Positions 43,242 through 59,094 of a stretch of 64,000 nucleotides of DNA are shown in pieces. Each line of letters starts with the position of its first letter. Within the stretch, counting starts at the first letter, position 1. This DNA comes from Eledone cirrhosa (lineage: Eukaryota), in assembly GCA_964016885.1 (NCBI GenBank), contig OZ024743.1:292082001-292146000 (forward strand), written 5' to 3'. The notes beneath the pieces were generated by a model. That model worked only from the letters and a program-made list of their open reading frames with translations. It did not search any database and was not told the origin of the DNA. The position numbers and the translations under genes were made by a program.

Positions 43242-44113
43242 TGTTATATTTTGGGAGGGTCATGTTGCCAATAAGAAACACACGCACCAGTCGCTTTCAC
43301 TTCAATTTATTATAATAAAATTATAAATTTAGGAATTTATAAATTTCTGGTTGGTTGGTTGGTTCCACAACCAGATGATTGTTTATATAATGTCAAAGTT
43401 CTTTCGTCACACATTATGTGACCTCTTCAGTGACTGGGGATTCTTTTCTTTGTTTTTGTGCCTCTACTTTGTTCTGTCCTACGCCATCTTGTTTTTGTGT
43501 ATGTTGTGTACTTATTTTGCGCATGTGTTACATCCGGGTGTCTGTGTGTGTTTATATTTGTTTATTTATTTGTTTATTTACATGCTACTGGTTGGTTGTT
43601 TGTTCTATGTGCGTGTCTGTTTTCATTTTGTCCTTAATTGTAAGTTGTGATGTTGCTGTTCCATTCATGAATGGAATAGCAACATCACAACTTACATAGA
43701 ACAAACAACCAACCAGTAACATGTAAATAAACAAATAAATAAACAAATACACAGACACACGGGTGTAACACATGCGCAAAATAAGCACACAACACACACA
43801 AAAACAAGATGACGTAGGACAGAACAAAGGAGTGGCATAAAAACAAAGAAAATAATCCCCAGTTCCTGAAGAGGTCACATAATGTGTGAGGAAAGAACCT
43901 TGACAATATATAAAAAATCATCTGGTTGTGGAACCAACCAACCAACCAGAAATTTATAAATTCCTGAATTTATAAATTTACTACAATAGATTGAAGTGAA
44001 ACTTGAAGTGCGTGTATTTCTTATTGGCAACATGACTCTCCTCAAGTATAGCAATATCGGTTTCAACAGACGTTTTCAGATAAAGAATCTTGCTAAACAA
44101 ATTCAGAAACGAA
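43241..44113. mobile_element. Palindromic pair of PLE pseudo-LTRs (no coding body)
   Basis: Inverted arms centred at 43667/43668 (ccattca|tgaatgg); HHR at 43392-43434 (-) and degenerate 43861-43904 (+); same family as 430-763; (TA)n both sides. Confidence 0.85.
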
Positions 44114-45229
<1,116 letters not shown>

Positions 45230-45438
45230 TAGTGGAGTGCGTACGCATTGACTTACACAGTCGATAATACACTTACTGATTTGTCTTTATGATTCAGAAA
45301 CAAAAACTAATGATCACATGTGTTAGTTACGATGAATTCTGAGACCAAGGAGGTCAGATTGATCGTGTTCAGCAGAGTCTCTCACAAAACACTTCCCAAA
45401 ATATGTTTCATTATAAATATATATAAATATATATAATA

Positions 45439-45875
45439 CTAGCAGAGGTACCCGGCGTTGCTCGGTTATTACATAGCAGTTGTGTATACCATTTATGTCA
45501 ATACTTCAGTGCTGCTTCGAAAGCTATACTTTTACAAAATCATCGGCTTTTTCCAAAATGGTGTTCCTGCCCCCGGGGGTCCCCTACTCAATATGTGCCA
45601 ATTCTGAGAATTCACATTCATCTGTAGGACAAACGTAGCCCATGTGTCAAGTTTTGTGAAAATCGGTTGGGAACTCCAGAAGTTATGACGTTTTTTTTCA
45701 TTGGACTGCAATGTTTCAATCGACTCCAAGGAAGTGGTTAAAAGGGGTTATCTGCCAGGAGGCCCTATAATCAATATCTGGAAAAATGAAAGTGCCCATG
45801 ACCATCCGGAGAACATAAGTAACCTATGCCTTAAGTTTGGTGAAAATACTGTAGAAATGCATGAGGTTTATACAT
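45439..45875 (-). mobile_element. Non-autonomous Helitron-like element (3' end)
   Basis: Minus strand CCGAGCAACGCCGGGTACCTCTG-CTAG|T terminus similar to 41345-41373; far end uncertain. Confidence 0.65.
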
Positions 45876-45930
45876 ACGCGCGCGTGTTCGTGCGTGCGTG
45901 CGTCCGTGTGTGTTTGTGTGTGTATGTGTG

Positions 45931-46032
<102 letters not shown>

Positions 46033-46114
46033 TGTTTGTGGGTGTGTATGTATTTGTGTGTGCGTATGTATGTCCGTCGGGGCTACGTGTGTACTGGCCT
46101 AAATCTTCACTATC

Positions 46115-46475
46115 TACTTTTACTATTTTAATAATCTCTGTCATTTTTTTTTACAATTTTATTTACATCATTATTAAACTCCGGGGCTGGAAATCATTCA
46201 ATATTAGTCTTACCACTCCATTTATACCATAAACTAGGTCTTGTCTTTGCATGAAATTGTTCTACTCGGTCCACATAACGACGTATTATCCTCGCTTTTT
46301 TTCCGTTCATTACCAGGTAACGTCTTCACGAAACAAAATATCGTCTTCCATTTTCCTTCGGTTGCAACGTTTCTCGAAATATATACTTCTGCATTCACAG
46401 ATTAAATCTTTTAATTTCAGAAGATCCCATTAATGTTGAAAGCAGCGATTCTTTGCTTAAACTTTAATCTGTTCT
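46115..46475 (+). repeat. U4A hammerhead-like repeat family copy
   Basis: Homology to 56176-56555 and 40400-40649; fold at 46397-46472 with ACAGATTAA/TTAATCTGT. Confidence 0.75.
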
Positions 46476-46507
46476 TATGGCATATATATATATAAAAAGA
46501 GAGAGAG

Positions 46508-46578
<71 letters not shown>

Positions 46579-46763
46579 TTTGTACGGCTTTTGGAGAGAA
46601 GGAGTGACCAGCAGTACGTTGTTCGGTATTATTACGAAAAGGTGTCGCAGAGAATCCCGCGTGAACTAACCAGCTCGGGAGGAAACTGCTTACCTCGAAT
46701 TTGCCATCGTTCTTGTCAACGCTTCGTTTAGTTGGTATTTGTTGGTCCACAGTTAGATGAATG

Positions 46764-46850
<87 letters not shown>

Positions 46851-46949
46851 TGTGGGGGGGGCGCGCGTGGCTGTGTGTGAATGTAGCGAAGATAATACGT
46901 CAGAATGATGTTATGCAGACAGCCGGACATACAGAGAGATATTATAAGA

Positions 46950-47230
46950 GCTCGACGAAGATGGATAACCGGCGCCTAACACCCTTTAACAACAGAAAAT
47001 TGGAAAAAGAAAAGCGGCAGTTAATATATTTAGACCGCAAGGAATATATAAATGCAAGTTTGAAGTCAATCGGAGTAGAAATGTGGATTTGTATAGACTT
47101 TGCAAAAATGTGGAAACACAGACAACATTTTTATATATATAGATATATTGAGAAATTACAATTATGCTGGGCTGGCGATGTCATCAGAATGAACGACAAA
47201 GGTTTTCATGAACAGCCACGTTGGTGGAGG
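46950..47230 (+). pseudogene. Degraded RTE-clade LINE 3' fragments
   Basis: MDNRRL...INASLKSIGVEMW and LQLCWAGDVIRMND resemble RTE C-terminal QLRWAGHVxRM. Confidence 0.4.
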
Positions 47231-50200
47231 ATATAGAAATATTGGATGGCCATGGCTCAAGTACAAAGACAATTCGAAGAGTACATTTTCTGCAACCAAT
47301 ACATCTTATGAAACATTTGAGCAAGTGGCCTTCCGGTAGAAAAAATGCAGATCTACGAACTATAGTGGGATCAGGAACTTCAAGTATGGTTCTACTCATA
47401 GGCTACAAGAAGCAAGAGGGAGAGAATTACATTATTAAACATACCAACAACATTATCCAGTATACCTCTCTCTTTCACGATATGTGGAATTGGCAGGTCA
47501 AAAATACCATGCCCAATATCAACATCCAAACTGAATGAACTGAATGATTTGTTCGGATCCTCATTCTTCGACATCGATGGGAATGTCCATATATATATAT
47601 ATATATTTCTTCCCGCATTATTGAAATGATTAGATTGTTACGGGAGTGTTAAAAAATACATAAATAGATTTAAATATTGTTGTTATCCAAATGAAATAAC
47701 ATGTATATACTAAATGTACGAGGTGAAATACGTTCTTAAAACCGAAGAAATGTCCTGCTTACAGATGAAAATAAAACAAACAACTTTTCAGTTCTGATAC
47801 ATACTATAATGATAATTGTATGGAGATTTTATCAAGGATTGTTGAATTAGTATTGTAGAGAGAGAGGGGAGAGAGAGAGAGAGAGAAACAAATAGATACC
47901 AAATTCCGTCCACATAGCATTCCTTAAACAATAAAATGCCAAATACACTTTAAAATCAAAGCTAAAATGTACAATATATATCTTATTTGCTTCTATTATC
48001 ATGGATTTAGTTGATGTATATGTATGTTAGACAACTAGAGTTTGCTAAAGAACTAAACATTTTCGCAAAGTCTGTATTCAATTTGTGTATCTCAGGATAT
48101 TCATTTTAAATAGATATTGAAAATAAAAATTTTATATATAAAATAACTTAAAGAGAGAAAAGAAAAACAACAGATAAGTCTAATTTGAGTTTATAACCAA
48201 CAAGACTCGCTAAAATATCTTCCTTCATAGAATACTACAATATTTTTCGTACATATATTTCTTTAAACATTTTTTTTTTAATTGTGTTTCACTGCATGGT
48301 TACTTGATATTATGTAACGAACTCAAGCTTCATAACATCTAGTACATTTATCTCACTATTGATATATTATCATATATCACATTATGTTATATAAATTATT
48401 TTCTGTATGCATATACATTTTTGAAATAAAACTAATTTTCGTTATATATATAAAATAAACCCATCAAGCTTCTTAAAGTAAAACGTGACTTCGATATATG
48501 GTAAGTAATGAGGAAAACGCTGATTTATGTGTTCTAGAAAACATTTATGTATCTTAAAGTAAATATTTCCACAAATATATTTTGGCATCTTGAAAATGTA
48601 TTGGTAATTAAGCGCATACATGGATACATCAATATACATTTTGCTTCGAAATACAAATTTTATTTGTCAAACTTGATTAAAGTATATGCAACAATCATAT
48701 GTACATAGCCATGGGGTTTGTGACTGCAAATATCACTACTTACAAATTAACTTTAACTAATACGTAAAGTTACGCACATCTATTGTTTGCATCAGCATTT
48801 ACCAACTTACATCTCGTCTCACAAACTTTCATGACAGCATTAGACATTTTAAAATTTGGTTGTATGTAGTACAATTTGCCAAACCATATTCTGAGCGATC
48901 TAGATCCTGTTTCCTTTTGTGCCAATGAGATATTTGCCACTCGTCATCGTGTCGAATTAAAATTATGAGCAACATTTGAAACGACATAATTAAAATAACG
49001 TTGTCTTAATGAAAACAATCCTACTTTCAGGATAAATTCATGACAGCTTAATAGATGGAATATTTCGTAAGTTCTACGAGTTTGAAATTAATTACAAAAA
49101 CAGAACATTGCGACATTCTTAGTCCTGTAAATGAAATAGTGACAAAACATAATTTTTATTTCCAAAAGCTTTTGAATGACGCAGTCCCATGATATTCAAA
49201 ACGATTATCCTTTTTAGAAGAGGTAAACTGCTATAATGGAAACATTCAGATATGTCAACAAAGAATTATATTGTTTGCCAACTTACGGCAAAATGAAAAA
49301 CAATCTCAATCAATCGTGCATTATATATTTTATAGAGGTACCTTTTTCAAATGAAAGTGCTACAGAATCATTTAGACATTAGATCGGACAACGACGAAAG
49401 ACAATGCGAAATGTATAAATGAAAACAATAAGGCACAAATATATCCATCTAAAGAAAATATATCGATGCTTCTTTAGCTTTTCCAAAATGAGAGAAAGAT
49501 TTCCGTGAAAATTTCGTACATATATATAAAATACACATGAGTGCTTAAAAGGCGAGTGAAACAAATAAATGAAGGGCGGGGAAAGCGACGTTATTTGTAT
49601 ACAAAATGATTCTTGTTGAACACATGGTTGGTTGTCAGGTCTTTGAAGTAGAAGCATGGGGCTTTTAAGCAAATAAGGATTTCGGCATCTACGAATCTAT
49701 ATATCTACATAGCTATATACCTATAGGTTCATTTATCTATATCATACCGTATCTACGTGAGATCACTGTCATCTACAGTGAAATATCTCTTATCTGCTCA
49801 GATAAATATCAGGCTATGAAAATCGTTATGACTGGGAGATAATTCGCTGTTATATGGTAGGATTTGTATTGCTTACATAATTATAATAATGCTTTAGATG
49901 GTAATGCTTAATTATGCAAACCATAAATTCATATTTAGTTTTGTCGTACAGAATTGTCGAGCGATTATTAGCTTTTAATATGTTTGGGATTCATTTATCT
50001 CAATTATAGTCAAATTCATATGGATTCCCGCATATCCGTATGCAAGCGTTTAAACTGATTTTCTTTACGTAGCTTTGCGGGTATACACTCGACAATAGGT
50101 AGTAAATACTTTAATACACCATATAACATTTGAATCCAATTGTATTAAATCATGATACAGACTTTGTTTTACTATTACATTCGTTGGTCTTCCCCCACTT

Positions 50201-51737
50201 AATTCCTGAGAAATGCATAATGGTCTGGCAACGGAGGTATTGTTAAGACATAAGTTGGTGTGATTCAGTAATTAATGTACTTGAAATATAATAACCCTCT
50301 CCGCAAGTTTATGAACAATCTATAAAATATCCTTCAAATGCCAAGCAGTGTGTTTAGATTTGATAATACTCGATATCAATGAATTTCTACATTATGTGGA
50401 CAAAACAGCCGAATGGTTAAGACAGGTTGCTTTTTAGTTCGATCCATTGACTGCAATTGTGGGCGTGTATAAGGTATCATAGCACTGAATCAACATGAGC
50501 CCTGGTAGTAAAACTGGGTAAGTTGAAACTCTCTGAAAGTCCATAGGATGAACTACACCGGTTATTCAAATGTTAACTCAAGTTTGTGAGTGAAATCTTA
50601 GTATATAAGGTGTGGTGGTCACGGCACACATTATAACATACTGAATCACCCTGAGAATTACATTAAAGCTACACCTGCCTGTGTTGGATCAATTAGAACA
50701 CTTATAATCGATACCGACGGAGATCCATTTATTTACTAGATTATAATAATGTATTTCCCCCGCACAGTATTTGAAACACTTGACATTTTTTAAAACTCAA
50801 CTACAGTATTTGTTAACAAGCAGTGTATTATCCTCTTACATTTATAACATAGTGTATTGAATAATGTTTTCTTATGTTGTCAAATCTGAAGTACCTGCTG
50901 AATCTACAGTTTCTGTACTATCTCATCAGTGAACACAAGACCTCACCATCGTTAACACTAATGAATCCAATTAGGTCGATACTACGATTATTCCTTTACG
51001 ATGTTTATGCATTGCATCTCGAGGATTTTACTTTCAAATATGTTTTAGAACAACACAAAATATAACTTGATACATAGAATTAATTCGAAATTATAATAAA
51101 ATGACAGTTTCCATATCTGCACAGCACCAAAAATCTATGCTGTTGTAATGATCCTCAAATCGATATTTCTTGTTGCAATTTGCTAGGTGATAACTATTAT
51201 TATTTACATTCTTAGATAACTGATCCCTTATTTATACATCAATAATTTCTTGTTTACAACATAGTATTCACACATATACGCTTCGCCTTCATTTTCCCGA
51301 TTTTGAAGGAAAAGTAATCAAAGCTGAAATAATAAACAGACAAACTAGCGCTTCTATATTCGTGTTCGAATTATGCAGTGACGACTACAAAGTATTATTT
51401 TCTTTAAAATACGTAACACAAAATTCGTTTCCATCCTTATTTTCTTCTTTTGCTACAGAATACTTTACGTTCGGTATATAATTGTATATAACGTGTCTAC
51501 TTTGATGTGCTTTTCACTCATTATTACCTGGGCAACCGGTCCTAGAGAGCTAGCAGGGAAAGCTGTCATTTTTAGTTATATTCAGGTTGATTATATCAAT
51601 CATAGATATTTTATTAATCCACTACTCCAACAATGAGATAAATAACTGGTATTAGATAGAGAAATCTATGCGATAAACATTGCGTGATACATTCTTATTT
51701 CAAACATATATGTTATCAATATATTTGATGACGCAAT

Positions 51738-51768
<31 letters not shown>

Positions 51769-51769
51769 C

Positions 51770-51806
<37 letters not shown>

Positions 51807-51907
51807 GGTGTGTGTATGTGTGCGTCTGTGCGTGTGTTTGTCCGTGTGTGTCTGTGAGAGAGAGTATGTATATTTTGTGAAACTGTGTATACATGTACAC
51901 ACATGCA

Positions 51908-51969
<62 letters not shown>

Positions 51970-51994
51970 ATATACATATAAATCTGTGTGGTGC

Positions 51995-52112
<118 letters not shown>

Positions 52113-53020
52113 ATATAATTCATGTACGTCTATATATAAATACACACAACACACGTTTTATGTGTGCGAGTGCATACAAACATGAGCGATCACGCATTTA
52201 ACTGCAATAAGAATGGCAGTGTATCAGGAGTTACTATACAGGTATAATATGAAGTGTTTTCTTTTTCATGTTCCATGAAGTAAAACGCGTAACACAGCAT
52301 AAGTATGATATATAATTTGCAACCTAGGATTAAGAATGCTACAAAAGAATCTAAGAAAATAAAATATTAACACGGTGAATTTTCTATAGAACCCTGTGAA
52401 TTTGATCCTTGTATTCGTATATTTCTCCAAACAAAGCAATCTCATTTTCTTTTCAAATTGATTATTTTGTTTTGTTGGAGGTTTTCGTATGCTTTATTTC
52501 TTTTGCCGGTGAATGTCGTAGAAATGTTGTCATTTATATGAAACAAACCATAGAATAACATTTTCTATTCCATTATACTGATTGAAATTGTAAGTCACGG
52601 CTTGAAATGACGTCTTAATTCTTCAGGAACTGAAAGTTGGGAACATAACTTGTCGGTTGGTTCATCCTCAACTTTCATATCTGATAGTTTGCATCTTCTA
52701 TTTAATTTTTGTTTAGTTTTCCAAATTTTCTTCCCCCACCCCACCCCCTTTTTTCCGTTTCAGAGTGGTTTTAGTTTATGCATTATTATTAATAGAATTT
52801 TTATTTGTTTATATTGTTTGTTGTTGCTGTAACTTTTTTGTTAATATTTTTGAATTTTAATCATCTTCTCTATTTCCTTAAATTCTCCAACATACTAAGT
52901 GTTTAATAATTTAGATTTCCTTTATGAAATTCAAATCATATTATCATGACATTTTCAAGTGATAATTATAAATTGGTATAAAAAGAGTAGCAACAACATC
53001 AATAATGACGCAGATACTAC

Positions 53021-53067
<47 letters not shown>

Positions 53068-54385
53068 ATAATAGTAACTATAAATATAACAACAATAATA
53101 GTAATAATAAAACTATTAATTATTATTTAAAAATTAATAATTTTAATATCGAAAACAAAATGGGAGATTTTTGTCATTTAAAGTTCAAATGTTCAAATTG
53201 AATTAAAGAATGAAGAAGTATAGAAAGTGATCGATTAATTTTTCTAAAATATTTTTTTTAAAAACCATACATAAATATAAAAGTATAAATCTCTAATTTA
53301 ATCGCCAACACGAACAGAAAAATCACCGAAATTATATTTCCATAACGGCAAAACATCCTGTTTCCTTTTCTTGCTTGTTTTTAGTTGTGTAGGTTCTCAT
53401 TTTACTTTCGTTTTGTAATTTGGTTGTAGTGTAGAAGGGTATTGTCTCGTTTTTGTTATTGTTATGGTTCTTGTTATTTTTATAAATACGTGTTGTAGTT
53501 GTTATGTTCATTGTTATAGTAATTTCTGTTTATTCCGTTGAAGGTGTTCTCCGAGTGATTATATACCTGCTGGTTCTGTCAATCTCTTTTAAATCTAAAG
53601 AAAGAGAAGGTGAATGATGTGAAAGAAGACAATGAAAATGTGTCTCAATTGTTTATTTTAAGCTACAATGCAAAACTTGAACTGCGCTCTGCAACCTAAC
53701 ACAAATATTTCTTAATTATAATTGTGCTTTCGCTGTTCGATTCTTATTTACAACTAAAGAGGTGAACTCTAATGAACTGTAGCATTTGCAAATTGGTGTA
53801 GGTTTTCTTCCGCAGTTTACAATAAAAGTATAAAGCTATAGACAGAATAGGAAATCATTAATGCTCCTTTATATACGTTTGAGCCGTTATTGTCGTTGAT
53901 GTTTTATTATTATATTGTTTGATAATGAAATGGCATATCTCTTTACCAACTATATACATTTTGACAATAAACGAATATCGGTAAACAATAAACAAATTAG
54001 GAATGAGCAATGAATCAATAGTAGGCTACCGGATTCCGACAATCAATCGCCGATGACAAATAAACAATGAATAAACGATGACCAATAATAGCCAATAATC
54101 GTTGACTAACACGAACATGTAACCAATTAAATTGCACAGTCTTTTATTTTTCTATCAAATTCTACTGATCGAAAACTGTCATCGTTCGTTAACCTAAATA
54201 AGGCGACAAATTAGCAAAGTAGTGTGAGCGTCGGATTAAATACCAGGTGGCATTTGTTCCGGTACACATTTCTCTAATTTCGAAACCAGCTAATGGTTGT
54301 CCAGTGCGGTGTATTAAAGGAATTATTGTAGCGTCTGATGGGAAAACTTGCGATATTTGTTCTGAGTTCAAATCTTTCTCAACAT

Positions 54386-54574
54386 TGAAGGGCCGTCTAA
54401 AAGTTAATAGGCTGACCAAGCTACCCTCATGTAATGACCAAATATGGTTTATTTTTCAATATAGACTCTGAAGAGAAACAATGCAGAAAAGTTGAAATTA
54501 AGGCATACGTGATTTCACAGCTCTAGCATCAATCATTTATAGTAAGCCTATAAACTTTTCAGTCGACCCTCGTA
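54386..54574. mobile_element. Mariner-type MITE
   Basis: TIRs gaagggccgtctaaaagttaataggctgac / gtaagcctataaacttttcagtcgaccctcgta; related copy at about 61472-61650. Confidence 0.7.
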
Positions 54575-56041
54575 TCTATCGGCTCTCTACGCAGAGAAAG
54601 TGAAATGGAACAAATTATATTCTACAATACAATTAATCTGCCTGGATACTATCTATTCCTGTTATATCTTGTCGCTGTAAATATAAATTGTCAGTAGATA
54701 TCATAATACGCCTCGAGAATCACCATTTTAACAGTCTTTCATATGACGTGGGTAATAATAAAAGAAAACATTTCTTGAAACGAAATTAATAAAAATCTGT
54801 TTATAAATAAATAATATAATTCTCTATAATATATCTAATAAGCAAACGAAAATTATATCAAATGTTTTTTATTTATTTTTTGAAAAACATCAGACAGAGA
54901 TTAAATAATGCTGAAGAGTAATACGGAGAGTGGAGACAATTTATATCTTCAAGGAATCTTTCTTTTAATCTAAGTTGCACATTTAATCTAAAAGAAAATT
55001 ACAAATGAAGAACCAATCTTTCTTGATATCAATAATAGACCAGCCTGATCGAAGTTTTAAAAAGCTCACTTGACAGCCTTGTGTTTTCGGGTTACAACCC
55101 ACTACATGACATCTTAGGCAAATTTTGTTTTACTATAAATTGCATTATGTATAAACTTGGGTTGGCGGAAATTATTTAGAAGTCCAAAGGATAAACTCTG
55201 CTTGTAATACATTGGGCAAACCTCGTCACACATTGTGTCTCACTGCTTCTGAAAATTACGCTAAGATTAGACGCCGCTGTAACAATCAATCACATGTTAA
55301 TTAAATAGGTAAGCAGTTCCACTGATAGAATATCAGGAAGGTTCTTCGTCAAAACCGACAGAGACCCATCTACTTTAATAGGGTACTTGCATCTATATAT
55401 TGTGCAAATAAAAGAGGGATAGGTCGTAACCTTTTTGAATTTCATATAGGCAAGTCACATATATAATTTTATGTATTTGCACTCTCTTGACCAAAACGAT
55501 ACGGACGTAAAATAAATAGCTGTAACTATAACCACTGATTGAAACCGGTGTACATGGTCAGATCAATGGGGGATGCGTATAATCTTATTACATGCTGCTT
55601 TTTTCACTTTTACTTGCAATGTTAATATAAATCGAAAGTGTACTATAGTATTTACGATGTCGTCTCTTAGAATTCGTGTAGGGAAATACACAGCAAGAAG
55701 CTGTTCCATTAATCGAGTAGGGACAGTTTTAACACTGAAAGAAGAAAACTTCAGCCAGCAGGAAGTTAAATGATATCGTAAAACTTATTCTGTTATAGTG
55801 TTCGTGTTAAAGATGTTCTTTGGTTGTGAATTTTATCACTTTTACATTTTACATCGTGCGCACCACGATAGGAATATAGATTTATTTAGTGAAAATTCTC
55901 TAAGGCATATATTTACTACTTACAACATATGAAGCAAGAAAATTCCTAATTTTTAGAGATTCCACGGATGAAAAAATGAGAAGAGGTGATTGCTAAAAGC
56001 GCGAAATATAGATTATATGCAAAACTATAAAACACACACAC

Positions 56042-56099
<58 letters not shown>

Positions 56100-56175
56100 C
56101 ATGTGAAGACTAAAATCCAAAGAGGGCTCGATAAGGATACATATATATCAAATGTATAAGAACCCTAGAGCAAAT

Positions 56176-56555
56176 ATTTATTAAAATAACAGATTAAAGT
56201 TTAAGCAAAGACTTTCACACTTAACGGGATCTTTGGAAACTAAAAAATCAATCTGTGAACGCAGAAGTAAATATTTCGAAAAACGTTGCAACTGAAGGAA
56301 AACAGGAACACTATACTTTGGTTCTTGAAGACGTTCCCTGGCAATGAACGGAAAAAACGAAGATAATACGTCATTATGTGGAGCGATGAGTACAATTACA
56401 CGCAAAGACAAAACCACGTTTATGGTATAAATGAAGTCGTAGACTAATTCTATTTAGGAAACCGAATGATTCTCGGCTTTAGAAATAAGAATAATGTAAA
56501 TAAATTAGTAGAACGAAAATGACAGAGGTTATTGAAATCAACAATAATTAAATAT
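56176..56555 (-). repeat. U4A hammerhead-like repeat family copy (decayed core)
   Basis: Reverse complement homology to 46115-46475. Confidence 0.75.
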
Positions 56556-56899
56556 ATACATACACGCATCCATATACGTACATACACACGCATACGCGAA
56601 AACACCCGCCATGCATGCATATACAGCACGTACACATAAACACGCGCACACATACATAAACCCGTGAATGCCTATGTAAATAATAAGTCAATCAGAAACG
56701 GTTAATTAGGAATTATTTACTGTAAACACAAACACCAGTATATCATAAAGAATTATCAAAAGGGATTGAATTTAACCAGATACATATTTTAAGAAATAAA
56801 GCATTATCAAATGTTGAACATAGACAAGTACTTCGAGCACGCAAGCGAAGGGGGGTAGAATTACGAAGAGCTAAAAGAGTGTGTTTTTAGGATTAGTAT

Positions 56900-57295
56900 T
56901 GCTAGTGTCGGTAGAGCGTCAGGCAACATCCTTTGTAGCATATAGTTACAGCCCTTTACGGTCTGAGTTCAAATGCCGTCTGATATTAACTTTGCATTTC
57001 ATCCTGACGGAGTCGGTAAATTAAAGCACCAGTAATGCACTGGTGTAATTGCCTACCTTGTGCCAAAAGTAGATACAATTATTTCGTGGATCGGTAGAAT
57101 CGGTAGAGAGTCAGACACCACGGTGTGTAGCATGGAGTTATCGCCCTTTACGTTCTTAGTTCAAATCTCTCTGAGGTTAGCTTTGCTTTTCATCCTTACG
57201 AGATCGATACTTACCAGTAATGCACTTGTGTTGATTTAATCGAATTTCCCTAACCCCTTCAATTTGCTGGCCTTGTACCTAAAGAAAAAAAATAT
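56900..57295 (+). mobile_element. Two tandem tRNA-derived SINEs
   Basis: ggtagagcgtcag..ctttacg..gagttcaaat..ctttgc.tttcatcct.acg..accagtaatgcact repeated twice; family of 28903-29088. Confidence 0.75.
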
Positions 57296-57650
57296 TATTA
57301 TTATTATTATTGGCCACTAGCCTTTAACCACATAATAGGGTCACATTACATCTCCCCGCCTCTTAAACTATTAATTGCTGGTTGATCGTGAAGTATATGT
57401 AGCAGATGATTTCCTTTATAAGAAAAGTATTTAGATACTGGCTTTTAATGTTGTAGAAGTCAAGATGATTGTAATTTTCCCATGTATAATGCTTCGCTAG
57501 ATATTAGAAAAAGTCGGTGTCCAACAGCAACAGGTCAGCCGTCGAGCTCCGACGCTTTCTAATTTAGCCATACTCTGCTATCCTAAGTATCGAATAGTCT
57601 ATTGAATAAGGTTCTAGCTAGTTTAATACTAGTTTAATACTAGTTTAATC

Positions 57651-57960
<310 letters not shown>

Positions 57961-59094
57961 TATAGTTTGTCATGCATGTGATAACCTACACCATCATATA
58001 TCAAACTGATCGACATTATTATGTATAACATGCTTGACAACACCAGATTTGAAATATAACGGATGATTGACACAGAATCAAGTATGATTGTTAATCTCCT
58101 ATTTTAATTTCCATATGAGATGTATATCATTGTAAGTTTTAATAATCCTTCCGACTATCTCAATCTCGCTTCCTTTTGCTGTGGTGAAATCCTTGAAACA
58201 CGCTACAACTATTTCTGTCAAATCTTCGTATTTCTATTAATAGCACTATTACTGTCTCTCACATAAACTTCTCTACAATTTTATTTTTATTCTTCTTTAG
58301 TTTATAGCAGTCCACTGCTGAAGTTATTCTCCTTCTTTCACTTTCATTAAAGTTAAATAATTATTCAATGATTTCCCGGTACAACTGACTATGTAACGTT
58401 GTCACACTTATTTAACGGATACCTGACGCTCGGCAAACCTGACATTTTAACAACTTGGCTTATGCTAGAAGGTTGTCATTCTAAATTGAAACATTCTCCC
58501 CAGTCCCGCAAGTCTTTGCTTAGTATTTATTGTATAACACCCGCTACCAGAAACTGGACAAGGTTGATATAGTAGTAATGCAATTTACTCTGCAACCATT
58601 GTTGGTGTTAATGTTCTGTATTAGAGAAAACCAGGAAAATTGTCCACTAACAGATAACTCCATTCTTCCTGATATATCTTAGCCCTTGATCCGTCACAAG
58701 AATATTAATGCTATTTATTTACTCACTTTTGAATCAAATTCATTTATTAAATTAGGATATTTCAGTAAAAAAAAAGGCATTGATCAGTGAATGTGTCTGC
58801 TTTGGTTTCCATATTAGTAACATCCTTAAATTGTACAAACTAAAAGATGATCGTGAGCTTATAGAGTTTATAAAGATTCATGTTTCGATGTTGCGTTGAG
58901 TCAATAGATAACGAGTTTTGTGCTTGGCCATGCTACTTCTTCTTCTTCTTCTTGAAAATGTATATGACTGCGTCATATACCTTTTCAAGGTAGACAAATC
59001 AAGAATATACCTTTTGTTGCTGCCTCGCTTTTCGAAGACCTGCCGCGAAATCTGCACTCTTCATTAGCAAGCTTGGACTCTCCAGGCATTTCTA

